From assembly GCA_951406725.2 (NCBI GenBank), contig OX597815.1:141918001-141982000 (forward strand): DNA of 64,000 nt, given 5' to 3'. This stretch comes from Octopus vulgaris. Taxonomy: Eukaryota. The notes under the pieces were generated by a model. The model was not told the DNA's origin. It ran no database searches and saw only the letters and a list, made by a program, of their open reading frames with translations. Position numbers and translations under genes: made by a program. Shown here piece after piece: positions 1 through 13,959 of the stretch (within the stretch, counting starts at the first letter, position 1; each line of letters begins with the position of its first letter).

Positions 1-396
1 ATAATGAGCAAACATGTTCGCAAAAGTATTCAACACACTTTTGTATCTTAATCTAAATGATATATAATTTATAAACCTCTGACCATACTGAATACGCACT
101 TGAAATCCAATTCAATGACTTAGGAAAATTGGCAAACATGCGTGTGTATACTTATATACAGTAACACACACAATAATATTTAAACAAAGTCATCAATGCT
201 TGTTTGATATATATATATATATACATTAAGACACATGTATGTATGAGCACACACGTATACACATACATGGATTTGTTTCAGTTTATTTCATTTTACGTCA
301 TATCTACTTGCTTTATTTGTGCTCGTTTATGTACCTAAAGAGGTAAGTTGGAAAGGAACATATATACCAGTACAAATACATATTGATGTGCACATT

Positions 397-495
397 CACA
401 TACATACATACATACATACATAAATACATACATACATACATACATACATACATACATACATACATACATACATACATACATACATACATACATAC
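397..495. repeat. (TACA)n microsatellite
   Basis: Near-perfect tetranucleotide run; source of the spurious MYVC-repeat ORF. Confidence 0.95.
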
Positions 496-496
496 A

Positions 497-984
497 AGCG
501 AGCTATGGTTCTTAGAAAAAGACAGCCTTTAAACGTGAAAGAATTATTAACAAAGGCAAATTTTGACCTTAGCAACAAAGACCAATCATTCACTGTATAT
601 AAGTGCAGTGACAGCGAATGTGATACATGCCAATTCATACATACCAGACAATATATGAACACAAAAACTGAAAAAAATAATCACAAACAGAACATGAACT
701 GCAAAAGCAGAAATTTAATTTACTGCATCAAATGCCCGAATTGTAAAGAACTATAAGTGGGTCAGACTGGAAATACACGCTTGGAACATTTTCGTTTGCA
801 CCGACAGCAAATTAGAGAATCAGACGTCCGTCAGATAACATTGAGTAACAATCTAGCAACATGTGGTCGGAAAATATTTATAATATTTTCATTCTACAAA
901 CTACACATTCTAAGTGAAAATAAGAGAAAAATCAGAGAAAAGAACTTTATTAATAAATTCATACCGACGCTAAATAAACAATAA
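497..984 (+). mobile_element. Penelope-like element 3' fragment, GIY-YIG endonuclease (pseudogenised)
   Basis: In-frame ORFs 505-756 and 757-984 read CSDSECDTC...NMNCKSRNLIYCIKCPNCKEL*VGQTG...HFRLHRQQIR...REKNFINKFIPTLN. This is a PLE Cys knuckle plus LIY...(Y)VG motif, with the Tyr codon mutated to a stop. Confidence 0.85.
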
Positions 985-1835
985 TATTAATATTTAGAGG
1001 TACTATTTCTACTGCTACAATCACTACCACTAATAACAGCAGCAATAATAAAGGTGCTTTTGATGACGATAGCAGGGAAATACTAGCTAAGACAAGGGAA
1101 AAGTCAGTAAAAATAATATCATTTGGAGGGTTTAAAGTTGTTTTACCGCAGCCACTACTACTACCACCACCACCAATAACAAACAACAACAACGACGACA
1201 ATAATAAAGGTGATGATAATGGTGAAAATGATAATTGAAATGTAAAAATCCCTGGGAAATGTTGCCTCCAACATTCTTAAAAACAGCCCAACAAATACTG
1301 CTTTGGCCAGGGTCAAAATACTGGTCTCTTGACATGTTCATCAAAACGTGACGCGTAATTCCAAGCACCAATCAGCTAAGTAATTTAGTAAAACTACACA
1401 CTGATTGATCAAAATACAGTTTGTACAAATTAACATTCTGGTGCCTATACAAATATATTTGAGGCAGAGTTTAGCCATCTCACTACAGTTGTAAATTGCA
1501 AAACCCAAATGTTGCGACTACTAAGATATTAAGTAAAACCGGAAAACCAGACAAAGTTGGAATTTCTTTGAGTTATACTTTCTTCTATACACAATCATAC
1601 ACGTATATTTTTGTATTTCGGGATGGTCATTCTATTTATTTATCTATTTCCTTTTTTTCTTTTTTTTTTTTTGCCAAATATACACACGCACGATATACTT
1701 TTGATTTCTTCACTCGTTTGTTATTAGTCTAATTTATATGTCTATTGTCCGGAAATCGTTCGTCACATATCTGTGAACACTTCAGCGACACTTATCGCTT
1801 CGTGTGTGTTCTTGCTCCACTTACTCCATTCTCGA

Positions 1836-2002
1836 CAAATAGACAAAGAGATTGACAGACAGACAGACTGATAGATAGATAAATAGATACATAGATAGAT
1901 GAAGAGATGAAGATGTAGTCAGTCAGACAGTCAAACAAACAAATAGAAAGACAGATAGATTGATAGATAGCTAAATAGATAGATACATAGATAAATAGAT
2001 AA

Positions 2003-2071
<69 letters not shown>

Positions 2072-2359
2072 GAAAGAGACATAGCTAAATAGACAGACTG
2101 ACAGACAGATAGATAAATAGATAGATGTTTTGATAGATAAACAGAAAGACAAGCTGACAGACAAATAGGCAGACAGACAATCAGGAGGTCAGACAAATAT
2201 ATTGACATAGAGATAAATAGATAAATAAACAGAAGACTGTGAAACTGACAGACAGCCGGGCAGACATACAGACTGGAAGAGAAATAGATAGACAGGCAGA
2301 GTGGCAAACAGACAAACAAATAAATAAATAAATAAATAAATAAATAAATAGATAAATAA

Positions 2360-2392
<33 letters not shown>

Positions 2393-2404
2393 GAGATAGA
2401 TAGT

Positions 2405-2469
<65 letters not shown>

Positions 2470-2492
2470 GGATAGATAGATAAATGGATCGA
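1836..2492. repeat. Compound (GATA)n/(GACA)n/(TAAA)n tract
   Basis: Directly visible; explains the SIYL-repeat ORFs. Confidence 0.95.
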
Positions 2493-3268
2493 TAGCTATG
2501 TGAGAGTGGGTGCATGCGACGGTCTGTAACGATTTGTTAATACTGTCGCTGCTTTTATATATTGAACGTTTGAAAGTGCCTCAATGTGATGCGCATTGCA
2601 TCACAAAGTATCCATGTTACAAATATATTTGAATTATGGGCTGAAGATTTTACTCCGGTTTGTGTTACTAATCAAAGCAGTGCAGTGCCTCTCTTACGTG
2701 TGATCGCTTTGATATAATCTATAGATGCCAGGTCAATACATGTATTGATAATTTCCTCATTGAAGCGATTTCCTCTCACTTTGAAATTGGGAGGAAATGA
2801 TATCACAAATTTCCATCGCCCGACATGCATTCTCTTCAAGCTGAAATTTTAGCGTTTGTTAACATGGTTACTAATGCCTATGAAAAGTACTAACTTTCAA
2901 CATTGGAGGTGGAATAAGATGCTAGATGATATAATGACTTCAATAGATTGCATGTAAAATAATCGACGGTATAAAGGAGTGCAGAAAGTATAGAATCAGA
3001 AAATTTTTATATTGAAACTCATATATTGTTGTGTTTATGTATTTACCACTGTGTGTGTGTGTGTCTGTCCGTGCGCGTGCGCGTGTGTGCGTGAGTGAGA
3101 GCTTATGAGCAGTATGCCTGTGTATACATCCGTGGGTAAATGTGAGTGTATTCTTAATAGAATAGTCGCAAGTATTATACGAAATTTCATGCACTGAATT
3201 CATGATTAAAATTGTAGTTCTCAATTATTTAAATATGCATATATGTGTGCGTATATAGATATATATAT

Positions 3269-4349
3269 TGTTGTGAGTTCAACTTAGGGACGCTTGATTG
3301 TGACCTACTTTTGGGATAAACCGATTGTTCTGTCGGATTCACGAAGGAGTAATGAGCTTTTAGGGGACCTTTGGCCTTGTACCGGTCAAGGATAGTTCGT
3401 TCTAAACACCCCTTAAAAGGAAGGGCTGATAAAGACAGATTAAGGAATCTGGGAGTTGTCATGAGAGAGTGACGGTGACGGCGTAGAGGAGGACAGACAG
3501 ATGGTATTACAGAACTAGGAGAGAGTGAGTGACAGTGACAGCGTCGATGAGGACAGGCACATAGGACTAAGCGGCGATAGAGAGAGTATTAGAGCTAAGA
3601 GAGATTGGGGGTGGTGACAGAGCAAGAGGTTTTAGCAGTCGGTATTTGGAAGTCAAGGCGAGCGGTTGGATTTAGCGGCCAGGATTTGGTATTCAAGGCA
3701 AGCAGGTTAGCAAGTTGGATTTAGCAGTGCTGAGAGAGATGAGGTACAATATGAGACATTGGCTATTATAGTAGGAACTAAGGTACGTGAATTGTGTATT
3801 GATATGTGAAGAAAAAGAAGGAAAAAGAATCGATGTATTGAAATGTTGAAAAGAAATGAGACAGTAAAAAAAGAACAATGTGAACTGTGTAAAGACATTG
3901 TGTTAAGGCAAAAGAGAACTGTGTAATGAACATTGAACTGTATAGGCCTTTAATGTCCTTTGAACTGTAACTTTAATGTGATTTGAAACAGAACTGTTGT
4001 CTCCGGACGTGTACTCTTGAAATGCTGTTGTTATTGCATTTGATGTGTTGTTACCGGACAGTTTAAATGCTTTGATCTGTGGTATACCTGTATGATGTAT
4101 TGAGTTGTTGTTTAATTCGACGTGTCCTCTTTAAATGTATCTGATATGTATTTGATGTTGTAACAATTGTAATAGTCATATAAACTAGTACGTTAAATGT
4201 GAGCCAATTGCCTTCTTTGTGTCTCTCTCGAGTGCCTCGGTGTCTCTTCTTCTTGCAGCTGTTGTTGTTGTCGTTGTCTCTCTCCTCTCTGAGTTTCCGT
4301 GGCGAGCTTTCCCGCTGATCGAGCGAGCGACGGCAGGTGGTCCGTAACA
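3269..4349. mobile_element. Putative solo LTR (~1.08 kb)
   Basis: Starts TGTTGTGA, ends CCGTAACA (TG...CA with imperfect terminal inversion). Flanked by ATAT on both sides within a TA run. GC-richer than the flanks, with internal sub-repeats. Confidence 0.5.
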
Positions 4350-4598
4350 ATATATATACATGTTAAGCAAGATATAAGATAGAGGTTATGCAACCTTCTA
4401 AGGCATAGATGTATTCGAAGGCACTCCTGGTGTATTACCTCACTATATATTGTACTTGTTATAAGGTATAAAGTGGTAGGTAATTTTAAGGTAAAACTGT
4501 GGTTAAATTTATAGAGAAGATAAGAAGTGGAACAATAATTAACAATGAGAAGTGGATCATTGGTGTTTAAAAGTCATTATCTAAAAGAATTTGGAGAC

Positions 4599-4649
4599 AT
4601 TTACAGCTGTTTCTGTTTATTAAATCATTTAATAAACACCTTCAGAATT
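4599..4649 (-). ncRNA. Minimal hammerhead-ribozyme-like motif (degenerate) in PLE-type terminal repeat
   Basis: Minus strand reads aatt CTGAAGG TGTTTATTAAA tga TTTAATAAACA GAAAC AGCT GTA aat: 11-bp stem II, palindromic stem III, GUA triplet. Confidence 0.6.
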
Positions 4650-5434
4650 AATATAGGGAATGAAAGGCAAATAAAAAGAAAAAGAAAATGAAAAAAGTTC
4701 GTTAAATTCTGTAGGCTTACATTTTAGTGACTTGTAAATTTCCACGTGTTAGTAGATTCCTTCATTAGTAAGTGGGGACAGTGACAATTTAACCGGGGAT
4801 GTTGGCCGAAGGAGTTATACGTGGTGGGGATATCTCATGGTGTTATTAGAAGTAAGTAACTGTAATTTGGGGTTTCTAAGTTAGTTCCTGTAGTTACAAG
4901 GGAGGCCCTAGTTTAAATAAGGATGCTATTATGATATAGTGTTTACATATGGGTTATGTAAAAGAATAGTAATAAGAGTTAAAGAGTACATAAAATCAAT
5001 AAACTCAATGAAAAAATTATAACGTGTAGTGTGAGTCGGTACTCTGGCTATCAAATGAAATTTAATATAGGATTTATGCCGTACTGTATTACGTAGATTA
5101 TAATATATAGTTCGGTAATCGGGGAATTTGGTTTAAAATATGAAGTTATATTAAGTGGTAAGTGGGATAATAATGGGAGCTAATAAGATGATAAGGAGGT
5201 CCGTTAATAACCTGTAATGTAGAGATTAGCGATATTTAAAGAATAAGTAGGATTTAACGATATTTCGAGAATATGAATTTATCTTTATACAAACAAATTA
5301 ATATTTCTCGTCTCGTTTATTAAGTCATTCTGATTTGGTCATTAAAATGAAGACTTTCACATTTATACATAAACTACATTGATTATTATTAATGTTATAT
5401 GAAGAAGTTTTAGCTAGGATATATCTTGTATATT

Positions 5435-5825
5435 TTATCTTTACTTGTTTCAGTCATTTGACTGCGGCCAAGCTGGGGAGGCGTTTTCTTCCAAGGAATT
5501 TAGTCGATCAAATCGACACCAGGACTGCTTTTAAAAGCCAAGAAATCATTCTATCACTAAGTTAAGGGAAATTAAAACACTAATACCGGTTGTCAAGCGG
5601 AGAGGGGACACATATACACATGCACACACATATACACACACGCACACACACACATGCGCGCACGCATATATGCGACTACGTTTTTCTGCTTCTGTCTACG
5701 AAATCCACTCACACGGCTTTGGTCAACTCGAAGCTGTTATAGAAGACACTTCTCTAAGGTACTATTCAGTGACACTGAACCCAGATGCATGTAACTGGGA
5801 AGCAAGCTACTTATGAGACAGTGCC

Positions 5826-5830
<5 letters not shown>
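5435..5830 (-). mobile_element. tRNA-derived SINE with internal microsatellite
   Basis: Reverse-complement match to the + copy at 39196-39530 (tgtttcagtcatttgactgcggcc...aaatccactcacacggctttggtc...aagctacttatgagacagtgcctgtgc). Confidence 0.75.
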
Positions 5831-5870
<40 letters not shown>

Positions 5871-5914
5871 ATACCAATATATATATATATATAGAGAGAG
5901 AGAGAAAGAGAAAG

Positions 5915-5989
<75 letters not shown>

Positions 5990-6244
5990 CATAGTACATT
6001 TAATACATAAGACACATATGCATATCTCTTCATGCAATATTTATATTTGAGTTATAAATGAAATGCATTTAGATTTTCAAATATATTTCTGAAAATATAC
6101 TGCACAAAACTTTAAAAAATTTAACAATACTATTGATTAATCTGGAATGCCTAAGAATATATTTGAAAGAAACGGTTCTCGTGACCATAGAAATGTTCCA
6201 GTTACACGTGAACATATATTCATGTACACACATTCGTAACTGAA

Positions 6245-6283
<39 letters not shown>

Positions 6284-6745
6284 TTCATACAAAAACGCCT
6301 ACTCTCTTGTAAACAGCGAGAAAATATAATACGTGAAAAGGAAGCAAATAACTTTATGCGTATAGATGCATACATGCGTACATACATACATATACATTTA
6401 TATATGTATGCATGTATATATATACATATACATATGTATGTATATATATATATATACATATATATGTATATATATATATATACATACATACATATATGTA
6501 TGTATGTATGTATCTATGTATGCGTTCTTCACTCGTTTATTATTGTTCCTAGTGTATCTTCAGGCCATTGTCTAGAAATTTCACGTCACACATATGTGAC
6601 CTCTTCAATGACTATTCCATTCACTTGCTTCTGATATCCTGGCAGTGGATATGAGATAAAATAAGAATAATAACCGAGTGGAGATCGAATATATTATACA
6701 TGTGTTTATTTGGCAAAATAAAAATGTCCTTCGAAATATATTACA

Positions 6746-6794
<49 letters not shown>

Positions 6795-6870
6795 ACTGTG
6801 TATGTGTGTGTGTGACTGTGTGTGTGTGTGTGTGACTGTGTGTGTGTGTGTGTGTGTGTGTGTGCATACT

Positions 6871-6903
<33 letters not shown>

Positions 6904-7059
6904 TTGTGTGTTTGTGTGTAATCTTTTATTCATTTATTTCAGATAGAGGCTGCCAGCATGCTGAGGCACAGCCAGTAGCATTAATGCGTGTTGCATTAAT
7001 AAAAGTGTACCTTATATTACTGGACCCATGAACATTTGAGTCCGCGGACATGATTAAGG

Positions 7060-7790
7060 TCGCATACAATATACATATACTGAATAAAAACATGAAGAAT
7101 TGAGGTACTACACAGTTTCAAATAACCCTGCTTGTCAATGGTATCGTGTTTCACAGCAAGTCATTTGCTCCTTTGGATTCCTCTCTGCTTTGTGATTTTG
7201 ATGCCAGAGGTGGTTTACAAGTTCGAAACAATGGGACCGAACCATATTCATTTGATTTATATGAAAGATCTTGAAATGTCAGCAAAGTCTGAAAAGGACG
7301 TATCAAATACTGCTTATGCTGAGGGAATTCCGATGGAAATGAACATCTCATTGTGTGCACCAGGCACTAGATACGAGAGGAAACGGGAAAATGACAGTGG
7401 AATTGAATTACTTAATAGAGGAAGAGTGACAGACCTGGAAGAGGCAAGATGTAATCCTTAGGTATCCGGGAGTTAGACGATATATTATATACGGCGGCGA
7501 GCTGGCAGAAACGTTAGCACGCCGGGCGAAATGCGTAGCCGTATTTCGTCTGCTGTTACGTTCTGAGTTCAAATTCCGCCGAGGTTGACTTTGCCTTTCA
7601 TCCTTTCGGGGTCGATTAAATAAGTACCAGTTACGCACTGGGGTCGATATAATCGACTTAATCCGTTTGTCCTTGTTTGTCCTCTCTGGGTTGAGCCCCT
7701 TGTGGGTAGTAAAGAAATAGATATATTATATACGGAAATATAAATCAAGTCCCTTTAGAACTATCGAGCATGGCAGACGGAGAAATGTTA
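7060..7790 (+). mobile_element. Degenerate R4/Dong-like non-LTR RT fragment interrupted by a SINE
   Basis: ORF 7132-7461 has HLIYMKDLEMSAKSEKD, resembling HLLYMDDLKLYAK of R4/Dong RTs. A decayed YLG region continues across the SINE. Confidence 0.55.
7495..7719 (+). mobile_element. SINE with 16-bp TSD
   Basis: Head ggcggcgagctggcagaaacgttagc, B-box-like gagttcaaattcc. TSD GATATATTATATACGG at 7479-7494 and 7720-7735. Near-identical to the minus copy at 45405-45640. Confidence 0.9.
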
Positions 7791-9593
7791 CTTCCTAGAC
7801 CGGATTTTATAATTAAGGGAATTATTAATATATTAGCAAGAGTCAGAAAAGTCTTGATTCCGTCAATGATGAAGATAATTTGTACAATTATACAATGAAG
7901 TGTCTAAACAACTTCAACCATTATGTAACACACCCAACATAATTCGTTTACATTGAAAATGGATGCGCTGTAATGCTATTGTGAAATTTAAATAAGGTTA
8001 TGGAATTTATAATAGGACAAGTATTTGAATAATTCATTTCTATAAATGCATGATTGAGATCCAGAATGTTACAGAAGGTGAACATTACGGAAAGCATGTC
8101 ATTCCACTAAGAATAAAACTGAGACCTTTTAACACCATTCTACCATTCACACTTATGTAATTGTAGCTTCCTGTTCAAGTGGCTTTCGCATAAACAGCCG
8201 ATAAATCTTAGTGTTAACCCCTGTGTAAAACCGGCCATTTCTTCTAATATTAACTACTTGTGATTGGACAAGTGTTTGTAGATTTGTCAAGGACTGAATG
8301 AGCTGATGCAGGTACAGATGCCATGACAAATTCTGCTACCAACTTTCTGTACACAAGCGATTTGCATTATTAAAATGTTATTTTTATACTTTATACAAGT
8401 ATACGTTTTTATTCTATTTTATTTTAATTTAATTTATTTTAATTTAATTTTAAGCATTATCATTCATTTATTATTATCATCAACTCCTGAAAGTTGAAGT
8501 GGGAGAGGAGATATACGAGAATACGTGAGGGGTGGGGAATATACTCGTTCGTCAATATGAATGCGTTAGAGAAATTACTGCTGAAATATGCGATTCTCTT
8601 AACGATACTCAAGTAATTCATTAATATTATGGATGTGAACGAAGCAACCTCAAAATTATTCACAGATAAGAAAGGAATAACACAATGAGTCAAAGATTGA
8701 ACTGAAAATTAGAAATATATTAGGAACTGGAGATTGTTACATTAGTACGAAGTTACAGAATGAAACCTTTATTACGGTATGATAAATAGTAAGAAAAATT
8801 AGGAAAATAAAAATAAGGAATAAGTGGAAATTTTACCGGTGAGTGTGTTAAATTATAAGGCACAAAAAGAAAATGACTCTCCTCAGACACAACAGAATAT
8901 GCTTCAACACACGAATTCACGTAAGGAATCTTGCAAACCAAATCCAAAAACGAAAATGTTAAGATCATTATACTTATGCTTATCAATAATATATCTCTGA
9001 GCATGATGTAAACAGTAGCAGGACGACATCGTGAAGTATATTTGCTGCCTTAATGTGGCTGACTCATATGCTACTGTAGGGGCTATAAACTACAGTAGCA
9101 TCGTACCATAGGTACAAATATACTATACTTATAATTATATACTATACTATAGGTGGTAAATATACTAGACTTATAATTATTATTAATATAAAGATTAAAA
9201 TTATGATAATTATATTGTCATAAAATAACATTGGTACAAAATTGTAAAGATGAAATACTAGAGACGTTAAGAGCTGAAGATATATGCAACACTAAATTTT
9301 GCTTTCACTGAATAATCATATTTGTAGGTATACGTACAAGAGAAACTGGGAATATTGCTTTCAACAAGTACAGTCATTTGGTTAATATAGAAGAAAATTG
9401 TTAATAATAAATGTTTCGAGAAAAATTTCAATTATATTTTATCTACAACCTGATTCTTTTATTAAAATATAAATGCATACAAAAAAAATAAGTTGAGTTT
9501 AGTAATTGAGTGGATGTGTTTGTGTGTAAAACACAAACCTGCAGATATTTATGTATGCGTGTGTGGTGTGTGTGTTTGTGTGTGTGTGTGTGT

Positions 9594-9653
<60 letters not shown>

Positions 9654-10441
9654 TGCGCAAGTTCGAGCGTGCGTGTGTAATAGTTAATACACTGTTTAGG
9701 ATGCAAGAATGACAATTTTAAAATTATTTCTAATGCAGGTCGATTGCGTTTAGTAAGGCAATAACAAATATTACTGTACCAAAATTCTTCAGGGCGAGAA
9801 ATTTTATGGTAATGGTACCTTGTGATGAATCTCTGTAAAAATAATGCGTTGAATAAATGCATTAGGTAAAGTGAAAACTTTTGAGAGTTGTTATCTTAGA
9901 TATTGAGCAATATTGCTTAAGATTGCTAGCTTGTTTGAAGTACCAATAAGAGATACTTTAACAAATATTGCAATGAAATGCTGTCATACATTGACAGACA
10001 CACACTCATATACACACGCTGACTTACGTTCGCATACGTACACAAATATGTATAAGCTATACAAATAAAGTATATCTAAGCCTGAGGGGCTAGAGGTATG
10101 AAAATACATTTTCCAAGATGAAGTAAAGGGTACGGAAATGTCATTTTCTTCAATATTTACGAAGTATTTTATGCGTAGGAAATAGGATATTAAAACTAAA
10201 AGTGTCTGTGGATGTAGCCAGATTGTGATGAAAGTTTTACATGAGAGTAGAATATATTTCTTTGGGTCAGGGTATGTTTTATGATTCCATTTATTCTCTT
10301 CACGTAACTTCTACTATGTTTCTATTTCCATAAATTGTATGCTCTTTCTTTTGTGCAAACTTTTCACTTCTTTTAATCCGTTGTGATATTGCCATGATCA
10401 CCTTAGGTTCCATATAATTATGATCATTTTCATGAAACTAA

Positions 10442-10599
10442 TACAGGGTGCAGTGAATAAACTGTCGTCTAAATTACGCAAAAATGAAAGTAACACTGAC
10501 ATCTCATTTTAACAGATGCGTTTGCCAAAATTACATAAAAATATGTTGCAGTACTAAAGAGTAAATTTATTCAATAAAGCCGCTGTTGGCTACAACCAC

Positions 10600-10600
<1 letters not shown>
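10442..10600. mobile_element. Tc1/mariner-type terminus fragment
   Basis: Begins TA-CAGGGTG, a typical Tc1/mariner TIR start; truncated by (TA)n; no partner TIR found. Confidence 0.35.
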
Positions 10601-10687
<87 letters not shown>

Positions 10688-10769
10688 AATATAAGTAAAT
10701 ATATCTCACCCTTATTAATTAATTATATATATATATATATATTTATGTAAATATATATGTAACGATATC

Positions 10770-13285
10770 AAGAAAAGTATGGAACGTAGGATCGCTTTGT
10801 TTTCTCGCGTCTTGAATGAAAAACTCATCGGAATAGCAGCTTTCTCAGAAAACAGATTAGCGGATTGTGGTCAGCTACATGAAGTTGATGGAAGATGCAC
10901 TTTTCTTTTCTAGATAGGCAAGACTCAGTAAGTAAAGTATGAGGCAGGTGTTGGGTTTGCTAGTTTGAATAACCTAGTGAAACAACTTGAATCTGTGTCT
11001 GTTGGCATTAGTGAAAGACTCATGTCATTGCTCATTTGGCTTGGCAAAACAATTCGCAGCTATTTTCAGCTGCTATGCTCCAATAGTAAACTTAAATGAC
11101 GCAGTTAAATAGCAGTTCTACTCTGGGCTACGTAACCAGTTGGTAGGTGTCTCCATCCACGATAAACTTCTCCTACTTGGTGATTCCAATGCAAGTATAG
11201 GCTGCGATATATCCATATCGAGTGGGGTAGAAAGGAAGCATGGTGTTGGCAAGGCAAACTCACATGGCCATCTGCTGCAATCGCTTTGCTGTGAGTATAG
11301 ACTTTTGATTACCAAACTAATCTTCAACTCCCCAACCACTACAAAACTACCTGCAAGCATCCCCGATTAATCCATTATCTCTTCATTGATTATATAATTG
11401 TGAGGTCTTCCGTGAGAGAAGATGTCCCAAGTTGCACGTTCTTTCTCCATTGGTAAATACTGGTCTGACCATAGACTGACACGATCAAAGGTGAATTTGA
11501 CTCTCCGCAGTCCTATTCATAGCAATCGTACTCGACCAAAAAGTATATGTCACAAAGTAAAGGAACAATGACAATTTAACGTCATTTCAAACAACCTGTG
11601 ACAAAAAAACTTGCTAGCATTTCAGACAACACTGATATTGAATCAGCGTGATCCGCTTTTAGAAATGCTGTATTTGAGTCATCTTGTGAAACACTTGGGT
11701 ATGTTAATAGGAAGCACCAAGATAGGTTTGACTCAAATGATCCAAACAGTAATCCTCCTTTGGACAATATGCATAAGTGCCACTGTCAATGACTGTCAAA
11801 TAGAAATAATGCTGCAAAACATAATGTGTTTTAAAAGGCCAAGAATAAATGCCAATCTCAACGGAGGCAAATGAAACATATATGGTAGCAAAGGAAGTCA
11901 CAAGAATTTCAAGATACTGCGAACAGATGTCACTAAAAGTCATTCTACCAGAATTTAACGGTTGATTTTTGACCCCTGTCTGGTAGCTCAACTCTCAAAC
12001 TTTGAAATGAGGGTAATTTTCTGACAGATAAATAGATCACGAAGCGCTGGGTGGGGCACTCTTCAAATGTTCTGAATATTAAAAATTCATCATCAGACTA
12101 CCGCAAAGAACTACCCTTGAGAAACCTCAGTTTCTCCATGAAATGCTAAAACAAAAAGGGCCACAAAGTAGCTCACGAATGTAAAGTCGGCTGGGAATGA
12201 GATATATAAATGTGGCAGCAGTCTCCTGCTGAACATATTATGTGCACTCTTCTCCATAATCTGGGAATCAAGAACTATCCCACAAGAGTTCAAAGACGCT
12301 TCCATTGTCCATCTTTATAAGCACAAAGGCACAAAGGTAACAGATGTGAATGTGACAACCATATAGATTTCTTCCTTTTGTGTGTTGTTAGGAAGATCCT
12401 TGGAAGGGTTACCTTAAATAACTAAATGATTCCCTTGCCAGCTTAATGCTGCCTGAATCTCAGTGTGGATTTTGGTCTGGTAGAAGAACATTGGATATGC
12501 ATTTAAGCCTAAGGCAGCAGCAAGAAAAAGCTCGTGAGCACAACCGAGGCCATTTTGTCAATTTTGTAGATGTAACTAAATCTTTCATCACCGAATCATG
12601 GGATGATCTTTGGCTTATCCACAGAAACCTAGGTGTCCCCAAAAAGATGCTCAATGTCATAATTTCTTTCCATCAAATATTGATGGCTTCTGTCAGATCT
12701 AGCGTTGAAGTGTCCAATTCATTCGCAGTCTCAAATAAGATATAACAAGAGTGTGTTCTCGCACCATTCTTATTTGCTTTGCATTTTTCCGTCATATTGG
12801 AAATAACATTCGAGGGTGTTAAAGAAGGAGTAAAATTTGAGTTCAGACCTAGTGTTGGCTTGGTTAGCCAACAGCGCTTGAAAGCCAAAACTAAGATAGT
12901 TCGAAATTTGCTATTCGAAGAAGACTGTGTATTTCTAGCACACACACACACAAACACACACACACACACGCACGCACATACACACACATAAGGACATGTA
13001 ATGTGTTTTAAACAAATTCTCGCCTAAATTGAAGATTTTGGGCTGTCCATTAGCACCAACACTGAGCTGGTCCATTAGCCCATTCTTGACCATCCCCACT
13101 CTTCCCCCTGTTGCCCGTACTGAATATGTTAATGGGAAGGCATTAAAAATTGTTTCCGCCTTCACTTATCTCGGTTCCATTGTATCCAATTATGTGAAGA
13201 TGGATAAAGAAATTGAGTCCAAAATCGGGACGGCTAACTCCGCTTTCGGTAAATATTATCACAGCTGTATGGATTAGCCACGACA
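10770..13285 (+). mobile_element. Degenerate RTE-clade LINE (APE endonuclease + RT)
   Basis: Fragments KLLLLGDSNASIG...HGVGKANSHGHLL, LPESQCGFWSGRRTLDMHLSLRQQQEKAREHN, LLFEEDCVFLAHT, FTYLGSIVS...DKEIESKIGTANSAFG; many stops and frameshifts. Confidence 0.9.
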
Positions 13286-13764
13286 GTTAATATATATAAG
13301 TTGTTGTCGTCTTATACCATTCTCATTTTCCATATATTTTGTCCAATTTGTCTCAGTAGAAATGAACCCGGGACCATGGGGTTGGAAAGCAAGCTTATTA
13401 CCACGCAACCACGCCTGCGCCTAATTATATATGTATATATTTTCATATATTTTATGTATGTTTGTGCATGTGTGAGTGTGTGTGTTGTCGCTTTTTCATT
13501 GCTGTTATGTCGTTTCTCCCAAAGGCGAGCTGTGTTAAAATCCAGAAAAGACTATCTATAAACTATTAAATTTTTTCTAACCTATCATCATTCACTAATA
13601 ATGTGGGTAGAGTTTGAAACATCCATATCCTTAGCTTCCTGTTAATATCTCTCATAGGATGACAAGTGAATCAGTAATCACTTCAATTTTCTTTGAAGCA
13701 AACTTTTCTACTGTAATTTTATTTTAAAATGTACATTTGAATGTTTAGTAGTTAACATAATACT

Positions 13765-13865
<101 letters not shown>

Positions 13866-13927
13866 CTTAATACACACACGTACACACACATACATATATA
13901 TACATATATATACATACACACACACAC

Positions 13928-13959
<32 letters not shown>

